Source: a virus
Taxonomy: Duplodnaviria > Caudoviricetes
Reading direction: 5' to 3' (one strand)
DNA: 60,859 bases
IMG/VR virus record: IMGVR_UViG_3300027896_000043
Coordinates: 1-60,859 of that record
Shown piece after piece: positions 8,446-18,016 of the stretch. The notes under the pieces are model-generated. The model saw only the letters and a list, made by a program, of their open reading frames with translations. It ran no database searches and was not told the DNA's origin. Made by a program: the position numbers and the translations under genes. The stretch's first letter is position 1, and every line of letters starts with the position of its first letter.

Positions 8446-9741
8446 ATGTCAAAAATATTCATTCAAATCGCAGCATATCGCGATCCACTATTAGTTCCTA
8501 CAATAAAAGATTGTATAGATAATGCGGATCATCCAGAAAATCTCCATTTTTGTATTGCTTGGCAACATGGACCGGACGATACATTGGGAGAATTTACCAC
8601 CGATCCACGTATAACTGTAATTGATATTCCATATCAGAAAAGTAAGGGTGCATGTTGGGCACGAAACCAAATACAACAACGATACAATGGAGAAGAATAT
8701 ACCTTGCAATTAGATTCACACCACCGATTCGCGAAGCATTGGGACGTGGAATGTATTGGTATGTTGAATCAATTAAAATCGGAAGGACACGCTAAACCTT
8801 TACTGACGAGTTACATTCCTTCATTTGATCCAGAAAATGATCCAGCTGCAAGAATTCAAATTCCATGGAAAATGGATTTTGATCGATTTATTCCAGAAGG
8901 TGCTATTTTCTTTTTACCAGCATCAATCGACGAGTATAAAACGTTGACATCTCCTGTTCCGGCAAGATTTTATTCTGCTCATTTTTGTTTCACACTTGGA
9001 CAATTCTGCACAGAAGTTCAACATGATCCAAATTATTATTTTCATGGCGAAGAAATCAGTGTTGCTGTCAGAGCATTCACACATGGATATGATTTATTTC
9101 ATCCACATAAAGTACTAGCGTGGCATGAATATACACGTAAAGGGCGAAGCAAACATTGGGACGATCATACCGGAGCAACAAAGAATCAACACGACGACAA
9201 TAAAGATTGGGGACAAAGAAATTCCGACTGTCACAAAAGAAATAGATGTCTATTTTCAATGGACGGAGAAAAATATGAATCTATTGACTGGGGGAAATAT
9301 GGATTTGGAAATGTAAGAACATTACGAGATTATGAAAAATATTCGGGCATCAATTTTAAAAAACGAGCAGTCCAAAAATATACAGTTGATAGACAATATC
9401 CACCAAATAAATTTTGGGAATATAAAACGGAAGACGACTGGGAAAAATCATTTTTATCAATTTTTAAACACTGCATAGATTTGCAGATCGACAAATTTAA
9501 ACTTACCGATTATGACTTCTGGTGTGTGGCGTTCGAAAAGTCGGACGGAAGTTTAATCAAACGAATGGACGCGAATGAGACCGAAATTTCTCAATTATTA
9601 TCCGATGCTAGAAATCCGGCAGGAGATAAATACATAAAACTTTGGCGAGAATTTACAAGCGAAGAAAAACCGCACCATTGGGTAGTTTGGCCACACAGCA
9701 AGTCCATTGGTTGGGGAGAAAGAATCACTGGAAATTTATGA
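8446..9741 (+). CDS. GT60-like (Skp1 hydroxyproline GlcNAc-transferase family) glycosyltransferase
   Basis: IFIQIAAYRDP, KGACWAR, EEYTLQLDSHHRF, FHGEEISVAVRAFTHGYDLFHP, YGFGNVRTLRDYEKYSG. Confidence 0.85.
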   Translation: MSKIFIQIAAYRDPLLVPTIKDCIDNADHPENLHFCIAWQHGPDDTLGEFTTDPRITVIDIPYQKSKGACWARNQIQQRYNGEEYTLQLDSHHRFAKHWDVECIGMLNQLKSEGHAKPLLTSYIPSFDPENDPAARIQIPWKMDFDRFIPEGAIFFLPASIDEYKTLTSPVPARFYSAHFCFTLGQFCTEVQHDPNYYFHGEEISVAVRAFTHGYDLFHPHKVLAWHEYTRKGRSKHWDDHTGATKNQHDDNKDWGQRNSDCHKRNRCLFSMDGEKYESIDWGKYGFGNVRTLRDYEKYSGINFKKRAVQKYTVDRQYPPNKFWEYKTEDDWEKSFLSIFKHCIDLQIDKFKLTDYDFWCVAFEKSDGSLIKRMDANETEISQLLSDARNPAGDKYIKLWREFTSEEKPHHWVVWPHSKSIGWGERITGNL

Positions 9742-11465
9742 TTGATAAATGTTTTTATATTAATCTGGATAGACGAGTTGACCGACGAAAATACATCGAA
9801 TCCGAGTTAAGTAAAAGTAAAATTTTATCATCAATTTGTAGTAGATTTTCGGCAATTGATGGATCCCAAATTCATCCCAGATCAATTGAACATGGAATTT
9901 TAACTGAGAATGCAATCGATGATGTATTGCAAGAAACTACTCCATCGTGGGGATTGTCCATAACACAAGGTGGACTTGGTATAATATTAAGCTATTTAAA
10001 ACTGTTCAAATTGATTTCGGATAGTAATTCGCCGTGTGTAACCATTGAAGATGATGTGGAATTGGCAAATAATTTCGACGAAAAATTCACAAAAATTATA
10101 AACGATCTTCCTGTAGATTTTGATATTTGCTATTTAGGATATGGTGACACGAATATAGAGACTAGAAAATATTCTCCGATATTATCAATTCCAATCGGAA
10201 GAGTTGTATGTTTACCGGGACTAATAATTTCACCAAATGGAGCAAAAAAATTGTTATCTATATGCAAAAATTTAGATAATCAAATTGACACCGCAATTTC
10301 CACAAAATTCAATGAATTGAACGTGTTTGTCGTTAACGATCAAATTGTTAAAATAAAAAATGCATTATCATCCGATATCCAAGGAGATGTAAATTGTCGT
10401 AAAAAATATAAACGACAAAATTATATATTTTCTACGTTGGCAATTGGTGATATAGCAGTAAAAAACGCAACTCTATTGTCCCGAGACTTGAAATATTTCG
10501 ATCAAAAAATAATTGTTGTTACTGATAACCCGACACAATTTGAATCACAGTCAAATGTTATCGTGGTAGAACATCGGCCGAAAAAATTTTCATATAACGA
10601 TAAACTTATTTGTATACGAGAAGGACTGTCCCGAGAAGATGCTGTTGTATGCATAGATTCGGATTGTCGAATATTATATAAAACATTTAAAAATGCTACA
10701 TCAAAAATGTCATTGATAATTTCTCCGGGATTCCATCCGAGTTGGGATTGGGGAAAAATATGCCGGCCGGGAAATAAATTTTTTAATAGCGAAGATGTTA
10801 CCGGTAGAGTTTCTGGATATGGAGAATTGGCATTGAAATTGTGCACGAAACTCGATATAAATTATTTAGAATCATATCATTATCAGGAAGGAATAGTTGT
10901 CGTGTGCAAAGATGGGGGAAAAGAAACTACGTTTATTGACACGTGGTCTGTATTAGCAACCAATTTAGATAATCATGAAGTCATAAATAACTCCTCGCGA
11001 ATTGGTATCGGAGAAGGTAATTTAATTGGATTGGCATTAACAAAAAGTGGTATGAAAATAAATTCCACCGAAATATGTAACATATTGGGGGAAAATATTA
11101 AATATAATTTTTATGGATCTAACCGAGAAGATCAATTACGAAAATTTCTAGATAGAAAAATTGTCCAATCTTCTACTATACAAGACATATTATCAAAAAC
11201 TATATATGTCGAATTTAATTCCGTAACCGTTAAATTAGAATTTACCGTTGGAGACTTGGATGATGTAACGCGAATTTTAACGTATAAATGGAATCAAAAT
11301 AATGTAGTAGAATTTTTGGACCACGAATTTAATGTCAACGGAAATATATTTCATTTCCAAAGCGATAAAACGGGAGAATTTTACTTTAAAAAATCAGAAG
11401 AATTAAAAATATATCATACATATTGTTGGTACGGAAACGTTAATTGGAAATTAATACATGAATAA
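9738..11465 (+). CDS. GT25-family glycosyltransferase fused to a second DxD GT-like domain and a C-terminal beta domain
   Basis: YINLDRRVDRR, RFSAIDG, IEDDV, FDICYLG (GT25), then CIDSDC. ATGA overlap with the upstream stop gives a start at 9738. Confidence 0.8.
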   Translation: MIDKCFYINLDRRVDRRKYIESELSKSKILSSICSRFSAIDGSQIHPRSIEHGILTENAIDDVLQETTPSWGLSITQGGLGIILSYLKLFKLISDSNSPCVTIEDDVELANNFDEKFTKIINDLPVDFDICYLGYGDTNIETRKYSPILSIPIGRVVCLPGLIISPNGAKKLLSICKNLDNQIDTAISTKFNELNVFVVNDQIVKIKNALSSDIQGDVNCRKKYKRQNYIFSTLAIGDIAVKNATLLSRDLKYFDQKIIVVTDNPTQFESQSNVIVVEHRPKKFSYNDKLICIREGLSREDAVVCIDSDCRILYKTFKNATSKMSLIISPGFHPSWDWGKICRPGNKFFNSEDVTGRVSGYGELALKLCTKLDINYLESYHYQEGIVVVCKDGGKETTFIDTWSVLATNLDNHEVINNSSRIGIGEGNLIGLALTKSGMKINSTEICNILGENIKYNFYGSNREDQLRKFLDRKIVQSSTIQDILSKTIYVEFNSVTVKLEFTVGDLDDVTRILTYKWNQNNVVEFLDHEFNVNGNIFHFQSDKTGEFYFKKSEELKIYHTYCWYGNVNWKLIHE

Positions 11466-12237
11466 TTCGTTTGCATTTTGTACAATAACATACGGAGATA
11501 AATATATCAGCCTAGGCGATGAGATTATAAATCAACTGACATCGCTTGGATATACATTTTATGTTTTGACGACCGACGTTGCTAGATATAAAAACAATAA
11601 AAACGTCATTGCAATTCAATATAACCATCCATATTTTTCATTTCATCAAAAACGGGTAATTGTTAGAGAATGTCTAAAGTCATTCGATTCTGCCATTTTC
11701 TTGGATGCTGACGTATTTTTATTAAATGAATCAATTGATCTATCTAATTTTTCCAATGCTTTACCCGGATTGCATATTTTTGCTACATTTGGAAATATTG
11801 GACATACGTTTTTAAATTCCGATATCAATAAATGTGAAAAATTAGAATATAGAAATACCAAATATGGAGAACGTGGCCGCAAAATATTGGAATCTCTAAA
11901 TCTCGACTATAAAAAAAATTATCACAATTTAAACGAGTTGGATTATTTGGAACATTATCTGGAGGGGAAATGGATTTTAAAAAAAGACGATGGAAAAGAA
12001 TTATTATTTTTAGATATTTGGGATTCTTTGGTTGATATCTGCGAAAAAATAGACATTGAACTTGGATTTTTTAATACTATAGGAGCGGGAGAAGGAGCAG
12101 TAATGTCGATTGCTGCACATAATTCAAATATAAAAATTTATTGTGGTGGAAATTTGACATATAGTATCAATACAAATTTCATATCAAATTATCGGGAGAA
12201 ATGCAACGGAACGAAACCTTGGAATATAGCTGGATGA
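11458..12237 (+). CDS. Putative GT-A fold glycosyltransferase, paralogous to the middle domain of 9738..11465
   Basis: AIFLDADV DxD motif and shared FSF/FSY, KDxGKE..F.D.W and IGxGEG motifs. Confidence 0.6.
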   Translation: MNNSFAFCTITYGDKYISLGDEIINQLTSLGYTFYVLTTDVARYKNNKNVIAIQYNHPYFSFHQKRVIVRECLKSFDSAIFLDADVFLLNESIDLSNFSNALPGLHIFATFGNIGHTFLNSDINKCEKLEYRNTKYGERGRKILESLNLDYKKNYHNLNELDYLEHYLEGKWILKKDDGKELLFLDIWDSLVDICEKIDIELGFFNTIGAGEGAVMSIAAHNSNIKIYCGGNLTYSINTNFISNYREKCNGTKPWNIAG

Positions 12238-13334
12238 ACATGAATAATATTGAAATACACACATTAATTTGCAAAAAAGATATCATACTTGCGATTAATA
12301 ATTTTAAATCGTTATGTAAATTTGAAGAATTTTCTTCAATTCCAATATTTTTGCACGATGATGGATCGTTGAATTTGACCGACAAAGAAATTTTATCATC
12401 GTCAATCGCAAATTCTACGATCATAGACCGGAAAATTGCGGACGTTGAAATTGCAAATCATTTATCTAAACACCCAATGTGTAATAAATTTCGCTTAATT
12501 GATAGTCACATTCATTTATGGCACAAAATTAAATTATTTGACTATTTCTTTTTCTCGAAAACCAAAAAAGTTCTGGGGATGGATACCGATCTATTATTCA
12601 TGCGAAAACCGGAAGAAGTGTTAAAATTTTTACGAGAAGATGTTCCATTTTATTTTCCAGACATTCAGAGTGCGTACTGTTTTAATGATCCAAAGACAGA
12701 AATTACAACAATTGATAAAGTTAATACCGGATTAATATATATTCCATCCGAAAAATTCTATAACCTAGATTCAATTGAACATGCGTTGACGAATTTATTA
12801 CGCGGAGATATAAATTATTTCCCGTCATGGATTGAACAGTCGGCATTTGCACACATGTTTCATGAAAACGGAAAATATAAAGTTTTGTCGCCGAGTAAGT
12901 ATAAAATTCCATATTTTCAGCAGGTTGACATTGAAACAATTGAATGTTTACATTTTGTTAGTTATCCCGCTGTACGAGAATTGTACGAAACATATACTAA
13001 ATATTTGAGTCTACATACCGGAAAAGAAACATATAATAAAAATTTCATCGTTGAATTTGATGGGAAACGTATTCCTCTTCAATTAACATTACGAAAAGAT
13101 GAAAATGCATATGTTTTTTCATACGTGTGGGACATCGCGTCCACAAATCAGCCAGCTTTGGATCATCATTTTAGATTAGAAATTCCAAACGTCGATTCCG
13201 TTGTGTATAAATTTCAATCAAATCGTACTGGCTTCTTTTTTATGAGTCCAACTACACAATCGATAACGGTTTTTCATACATATGATTGGTATGGTAAAAC
13301 CGATTGGAAAATTCTAGACATCATTCAAACGTAA
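12234..13334 (+). CDS. Putative GT8-like nucleotide-diphospho-sugar transferase
   Basis: HDDGSL, KLFD, LGMDTDLLF, VNTGLIY, IEQSAFA, LHFV. ATGA overlap with the upstream stop at 12234. Confidence 0.65.
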   Translation: MNMNNIEIHTLICKKDIILAINNFKSLCKFEEFSSIPIFLHDDGSLNLTDKEILSSSIANSTIIDRKIADVEIANHLSKHPMCNKFRLIDSHIHLWHKIKLFDYFFFSKTKKVLGMDTDLLFMRKPEEVLKFLREDVPFYFPDIQSAYCFNDPKTEITTIDKVNTGLIYIPSEKFYNLDSIEHALTNLLRGDINYFPSWIEQSAFAHMFHENGKYKVLSPSKYKIPYFQQVDIETIECLHFVSYPAVRELYETYTKYLSLHTGKETYNKNFIVEFDGKRIPLQLTLRKDENAYVFSYVWDIASTNQPALDHHFRLEIPNVDSVVYKFQSNRTGFFFMSPTTQSITVFHTYDWYGKTDWKILDIIQT

Positions 13335-13343
13335 GCAAAATTG

Positions 13344-13371
13344 TTGACAGTTGGTTGGTTGTATGTATCAT
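13344..13371 (+). promoter_or_regulatory. sigma70-like promoter
   Basis: TTGACA - 16 nt - TATCAT, 8 nt before the ATG at 13380. Confidence 0.5.
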
Positions 13372-13379
13372 CCGTACAT

Positions 13380-14057
13380 ATGTCACGACCAAAAATTCAT
13401 TACGGCTCCGAATTAACAGAAACTCAAATTTCTGAAAATTATGAAATGTTTATTTCATATTTAAAAGAAGTTTTTTCCGGAAAGCGACTAGATGGCCTTC
13501 TTGAAATGTATAAAGAAGAAAATCTCGGAACTCAGTTAGCGTTGGCACCAGCTGCTGGCAAGGTTCATTTCCATTATGCTCACACTGGAGGGTACATTCA
13601 ACACATTTTTAATGTAGATCGAGCTTCTGCTGGCGCAATGAAATTATACGAAGCAATGTCTGGTACAATCGATTGGTCCGAGGAAGAACGTATATTTTCC
13701 GCATTACATCACGATTTGGGGAAATTGGGAGACGAAACTGGGCCATATTATGTTCCTCAGCACGAATCTTGGGCAATTGAAAAACGCGGAGAAGTTTTTA
13801 AACACAATTCGAAAAATCAATTTTGGAACGTTACCGATAGAGCATTGTACAATTTACAAAAATATGGAGTGGTAGTTACATGGAAGGAGACACTTGCAAT
13901 TAAGTTGTCTGATGGATTATATGACGAGAGTAATGCTACATATCTGAAGACATTCAATCCAGATAACGCACTCCGAACCAATCTACCATATATCATTCAT
14001 AGCGGAGATTTTCTTGCTTGCCACGCCGAATATGATCAATGGAAACGAGAACAATGA
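13380..14057 (+). CDS. HD-domain metal-dependent phosphohydrolase
   Basis: APAA..HYAHTGGYIQH, ALHHDLGKLG, AIKLSDGLY, IIHSGD. Probable start MSRPK at 13380. Confidence 0.8.
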   Translation: MSRPKIHYGSELTETQISENYEMFISYLKEVFSGKRLDGLLEMYKEENLGTQLALAPAAGKVHFHYAHTGGYIQHIFNVDRASAGAMKLYEAMSGTIDWSEEERIFSALHHDLGKLGDETGPYYVPQHESWAIEKRGEVFKHNSKNQFWNVTDRALYNLQKYGVVVTWKETLAIKLSDGLYDESNATYLKTFNPDNALRTNLPYIIHSGDFLACHAEYDQWKREQ

Positions 14058-14221
14058 ATATCCAATTAGAAACTCGGGAATTTGATCTAACCGAAAAGTC
14101 CAAAAAAATTGAAGATGGTTGGACAATTGGCAAATCACAAGAAATTCAATTGTGGTTTAATTTTTTTGAGACATCGAATGACAATATGTCCAATTCGGAT
14201 GAGACAAATCGTCACAGTTAA
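14054..14221 (+). CDS. Hypothetical small protein (55 aa)
   Basis: ATGA overlap with the HD gene stop. Its 3' part overlaps the putative regulatory palindromes. Confidence 0.35.
   Translation: MNIQLETREFDLTEKSKKIEDGWTIGKSQEIQLWFNFFETSNDNMSNSDETNRHS
14179..14214. promoter_or_regulatory. Tandem imperfect TGACA-N3-TGTCA palindromes; putative activator (enhancer-binding protein) sites
   Basis: TGACAATATGTCC (14179-14191) and AGACAAATCGTCA (14202-14214), 23 bp apart and 65-100 bp upstream of a -24/-12-like element. Confidence 0.45.
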
Positions 14222-14278
14222 AATATAAACAATTTAAATAACTTATTCATGTTCAATGTATTACGTTAATTAATGCCG

Positions 14279-14294
14279 TGGTATGAAAAATGAA
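14279..14294 (+). promoter_or_regulatory. sigma54-like (-24/-12) promoter for hsp20
   Basis: TGGTATG-AAAA-ATGAA aligns to TGGCACG-N4-TTGCW with exact GG-N10-G spacing (GA instead of GC). Confidence 0.45.
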
Positions 14295-14351
14295 TATAAC
14301 AATTTCATTGGTGCTCAAATCCGAGGCCAATAACAAGAAAGAACAAAACAT

Positions 14352-14768
14352 ATGACATGGCTAACAACAAATGGTAATATTGATGAAATTAATCGGTGGC
14401 TTTCATCGGCTCACCGAGATCTGGAAAAATTCGGAGGAAATTATAGTGGTTATCCTCGGGTTGATGTTATAGAATATTCAGATAAAATAACATTGGAAGC
14501 TGAATTACACGGGCTAGAACGTGGAGATGTGAGCGTCGAAGTAAATAATAACATATTATCCGTCCGGGGAGGTAGAAAAACAAAAGAACTCCCCAAGGAT
14601 GGAAAATATCTATATAAAGAAATTAAGAGGTCCTCATTTGAACGAACGTGGGATCTAGACAACACAATCGATCAATTGAAAATTACCGCAACATTTGAAA
14701 ACGGAAAACTTTTAGTTGTACTACCAAAAGCAACGGAAAAGAAACCGACCAAAATTAAGGTGCTTTAA
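14352..14768 (+). CDS. Small heat shock protein, Hsp20/alpha-crystallin family
   Basis: PRVDVIE, AELHGLERGDVSVEVNNNILSVRG, SFERTWDL, ATFENGKLLVVLPK. Confidence 0.93.
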   Translation: MTWLTTNGNIDEINRWLSSAHRDLEKFGGNYSGYPRVDVIEYSDKITLEAELHGLERGDVSVEVNNNILSVRGGRKTKELPKDGKYLYKEIKRSSFERTWDLDNTIDQLKITATFENGKLLVVLPKATEKKPTKIKVL

Positions 14769-14785
14769 CAATTGATCACGAGAAC

Positions 14786-14823
14786 TCTCCCATTGGATAA
14801 ACGTCCGATGGGAGAAGTTTTTG
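14786..14823 (+). terminator. Rho-independent terminator after hsp20
   Basis: TCTCCCATTGGA-TAAACG-TCCGATGGGAGA followed by AGTTTTTG. Confidence 0.65.
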
Positions 14824-14943
14824 TTGAGATTGACTTCATTGGATAGAACGTGTGAAATTTCACAAAAAACAAATCACCAAAATAGATAATATTAAATAAC
14901 AGTTTTCAGCGAAAAAATATAAAGATATATCATAGAAAGAAAT

Positions 14944-16797
14944 ATGACAAAAACAAATACTAAATATGTGCTAGGAATTGATCTTGGTACAACTAATTCA
15001 TGTTCCGCAATTTATCAAAACGGCGAACCAGTTGTTATCACAAACGCTGAAGGTAGTAGAACTACCCCATCAATTGTAGCATTTACTAAAACTGGAGAAC
15101 GCGTCGTTGGACAAGCCGCAAAGCGGCAATCCGTTACAAATCCAAAAAATACCATATCTTCGGTAAAACGGTTGATTGGTCGCAAGTTTTCCGAGGTTCA
15201 GAATGAGATCAAGTCATTACCATATCTAGTAATCGAGGGTCCAAATGGAGACGCATGGGTATCAGTTATAGTGAACGGAAAGGAAGAGAGATTTGCCCCG
15301 CAGCAGATTTCAGCGTTCATTCTTGGAAAGCTCAAGACCGACGCTGAAGCTTTCCTCGGCGAATCAGTAACCCAAGCAGTCATAACTGTTCCTGCATATT
15401 TCAATGACGCACAACGCCAAGCCACAAAAGATGCCGGAGCTATCGCGGGTCTAAATGTTCTTCGCATTGTTAACGAACCAACGGCAGCTGCATTGGCATA
15501 TGGATTGGATCGTAAGAAGGACGAAAAAGTCGCGGTGTTTGATTTAGGCGGAGGCACATTCGACTGTACTGTACTCGAAATTGGAGAGGGAGTGTTCGAA
15601 GTGAAAAGTACAAATGGAGACACACATCTTGGTGGCGACGATTGGGATCAAGCTCTCGTAAAATACATGATAGATACATTTAAACAACGAGAGGGAGTCG
15701 ATCTGTCAACGGATTCTATGGCGTTGCAGCGTATTCGAGAGGAAGCTGAAAAATCTAAGATAGCACTATCATCATCTCAACAATATGATGTTAATTTGCC
15801 ATTCATAACTGCAACGGCCGATGGACCAAAACACTTTAATGTTTCGTTGACGAGAGCTAAATTAGAACAAATATGTGACGGATTGTTTGAGAAATTACGT
15901 CAACCATACGAAAACTGCTTACGTGATGCCGGGATCGCCGCAGCCGAATTAGATGAACTCGTGTTGGTCGGTGGTATGACGCGTATGCCAAGAATCGTAG
16001 AAATTGCCAAGAAGTTTGCGAACAGAACTCCACATCAAGGCGTCAATCCAGATGAAGTAGTCGCAGTTGGTGCGGCGGTTCAAGGTGGAGTATTAAAAGG
16101 TGAAGTTAGCGATCTACTTCTATTGGACGTTACTCCTTTAACATTATCAATCGAAACCGCGGGCGGAATTTCCACGCCAATGATTCCACGTAACACGACA
16201 ATCCCAACCAAGAAGTCACAAACATTTTCGACATATTCAGATAGTCAACCGAAGGTCGAAATTATTGTATTACAAGGGGAACGTCCGTTGGCAAGTGGAA
16301 ATAAAACGTTGGGTAGATTTATGTTAGAAGGCATTCCACCAGCTCCCCGTGGAACTCCACAAATTGAAGTATCATTTGATATTGACGCAAATGGTATTTT
16401 ACACGTATCAGCAAAAGACATGGGAACCGGAAAAGAACAATCGGTTCGTATAACAAACTCATCCGGGCTAAGTAAGGATGAAATTGAACAGATGAAACGT
16501 GACGCAGAATTAAATGCAGACAAGGATAAAATTATTGCCGAGGGTAAAGAAGTTAAAAATCAATTGGATGGACTGATTTATCGATGGGAAAAACTTATAT
16601 CAGACGAAAAAACCGAAGAAAGTTTGAAAGCCCAAATTCAGATGGCAATAGATTCAGCGAAGAAAGTTTTGGAAACTGATGATTTAGAACAGATGAAGAA
16701 AACGGTTGTAGAATTAAATAAACTGGGAGAAACGTTCTACCAAAAATCGAAACAAAAAGATCCGAATATTATTGACGCGGAGTTCAGTAAGGAGTAA
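14944..16797 (+). CDS. dnaK: Chaperone DnaK (Hsp70), full length
   Basis: [66 protein letters not shown], and C-terminal IIDAEF. Confidence 0.98.
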   Translation: MTKTNTKYVLGIDLGTTNSCSAIYQNGEPVVITNAEGSRTTPSIVAFTKTGERVVGQAAKRQSVTNPKNTISSVKRLIGRKFSEVQNEIKSLPYLVIEGPNGDAWVSVIVNGKEERFAPQQISAFILGKLKTDAEAFLGESVTQAVITVPAYFNDAQRQATKDAGAIAGLNVLRIVNEPTAAALAYGLDRKKDEKVAVFDLGGGTFDCTVLEIGEGVFEVKSTNGDTHLGGDDWDQALVKYMIDTFKQREGVDLSTDSMALQRIREEAEKSKIALSSSQQYDVNLPFITATADGPKHFNVSLTRAKLEQICDGLFEKLRQPYENCLRDAGIAAAELDELVLVGGMTRMPRIVEIAKKFANRTPHQGVNPDEVVAVGAAVQGGVLKGEVSDLLLLDVTPLTLSIETAGGISTPMIPRNTTIPTKKSQTFSTYSDSQPKVEIIVLQGERPLASGNKTLGRFMLEGIPPAPRGTPQIEVSFDIDANGILHVSAKDMGTGKEQSVRITNSSGLSKDEIEQMKRDAELNADKDKIIAEGKEVKNQLDGLIYRWEKLISDEKTEESLKAQIQMAIDSAKKVLETDDLEQMKKTVVELNKLGETFYQKSKQKDPNIIDAEFSKE

Positions 16798-16889
16798 TCT
16801 ACGAACGGTTTCAAATGATTGGGTTGTTGAGTTGATCGGTTGTCCAACCATAAAATGGACTGGTGGAGGGGAATTGGGATTCCCCCATG

Positions 16890-16925
16890 AAATAGCCCCC
16901 AATGAAAATTGGGGGCTATTTTTTT
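16890..16925 (+). terminator. Strong Rho-independent terminator after dnaK
   Basis: AAATAGCCCCCAAT-GAAA-ATTGGGGGCTATTT perfect stem with a GNRA loop, followed by a T tract. Confidence 0.85.
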
Positions 16926-16948
16926 GTACTTATTTGATAGTTATCGGG

Positions 16949-17959
16949 ATGAAAACAAGTGAAAAAATATTTCCGGTAATACTCGGAATGTCTGCATTAT
17001 TTGTTGCAACTATTGCAGCAATATTTTCTATTTTTGGTATTGGTATGTTATTTTCCGGTGCTAAAGTATCAGCGATGCTCATGGCCAGTGCATTGGAATT
17101 GGGTAAAGTCGTATCTACTACTTTTTTATATAGATACTGGAAACAATCGTCTGCATTTTTAAAGAGTTATTTTGTTGCGGCAATATTAATATTGATGTTA
17201 ATAACTTCGACCGGCATATTTGGTTGGTTATCATCTGCATATCAATCGTCATCGATTCAATATGAAATTACACAGAAACAGATTGAGATATTGACATCAA
17301 GACGTGAAAGATTAGTCTCCGATTTGGTAGTAAACAAAAAACGAGCAGAATCGTTGTCTATTATAAGAGAGGAACAAGAAAATCGTTTCGGAGAAGTAAT
17401 AAAAAATCCAGTGGTTAGTAGAAACCCGACACAATTGAGACAAATACAGGAACAAAATCTACAATTAATAAAAGATACGGACATATCAATGTCGGACCTT
17501 CAACGAAAATACGATTCAACGTCACTGGAAATTTCCGATATTGACAATAAAATAAATGATATTAATTTAAATGCAGTAAAATCCAAAGACATCATCACAT
17601 TTAAATTTGTGTCGGATGCTCTAGGATTGAGTATGACGACAACTGTTAAATGGTTTATCGTAGTAATTATTATAGTATTTGATCCTCTGGCAGTATGTTT
17701 AATTTTGGCATATAACGTGGCAATCGTTAATACAAAAGCCGATAATTCCACGAATACCAAAATCGAAAAAATTATTCCGCAGGTATTGGAAACGAACAAA
17801 CAAGTAGAACCAAAATTCACGGAAACCATTATTCAACTAAAACCGGAAAACACTCAACCTGAAAAAAAAATACCAACTGAAGACGTGAAGATAATTTCTA
17901 CAACACCTCAGACCAGAACAATGCATCCATCGGAATATTATAATGCACCAAGAATGTGA
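16949..17959 (+). CDS. Membrane protein with N-terminal TM helices, coiled coil and C-terminal TM (conserved in T4-like phages)
   Basis: FSIFGIGMLFSGA, LELGKVV, LITSTGIFGWLSSAY, IVFDPLAVCL. Probable start MKTSEK at 16949. Confidence 0.7.
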   Translation: MKTSEKIFPVILGMSALFVATIAAIFSIFGIGMLFSGAKVSAMLMASALELGKVVSTTFLYRYWKQSSAFLKSYFVAAILILMLITSTGIFGWLSSAYQSSSIQYEITQKQIEILTSRRERLVSDLVVNKKRAESLSIIREEQENRFGEVIKNPVVSRNPTQLRQIQEQNLQLIKDTDISMSDLQRKYDSTSLEISDIDNKINDINLNAVKSKDIITFKFVSDALGLSMTTTVKWFIVVIIIVFDPLAVCLILAYNVAIVNTKADNSTNTKIEKIIPQVLETNKQVEPKFTETIIQLKPENTQPEKKIPTEDVKIISTTPQTRTMHPSEYYNAPRM

Positions 17960-17969
17960 TTTTTAGTAG

Positions 17970-17998
17970 TTGACATGTAACCGGAATCGGTCGATAAT
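17970..17998 (+). promoter_or_regulatory. sigma70-like promoter for def
   Basis: TTGACA - 17 nt - GATAAT. Confidence 0.55.
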
Positions 17999-18016
17999 AT
18001 TGAGAGTAATATAATC

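Noticed and set aside
14221-14351. CIRCE (HrcA) or sigma32 heat-shock element upstream of hsp20
   Set aside because: No TTAGCACTC-N9-GAGTGCTAA and no CTTGAA-N13/14-CCCCAT match.
16798-16889. tRNA gene
   Set aside because: No T-loop GTTCRA in a cloverleaf context and no acceptor stem could be built.
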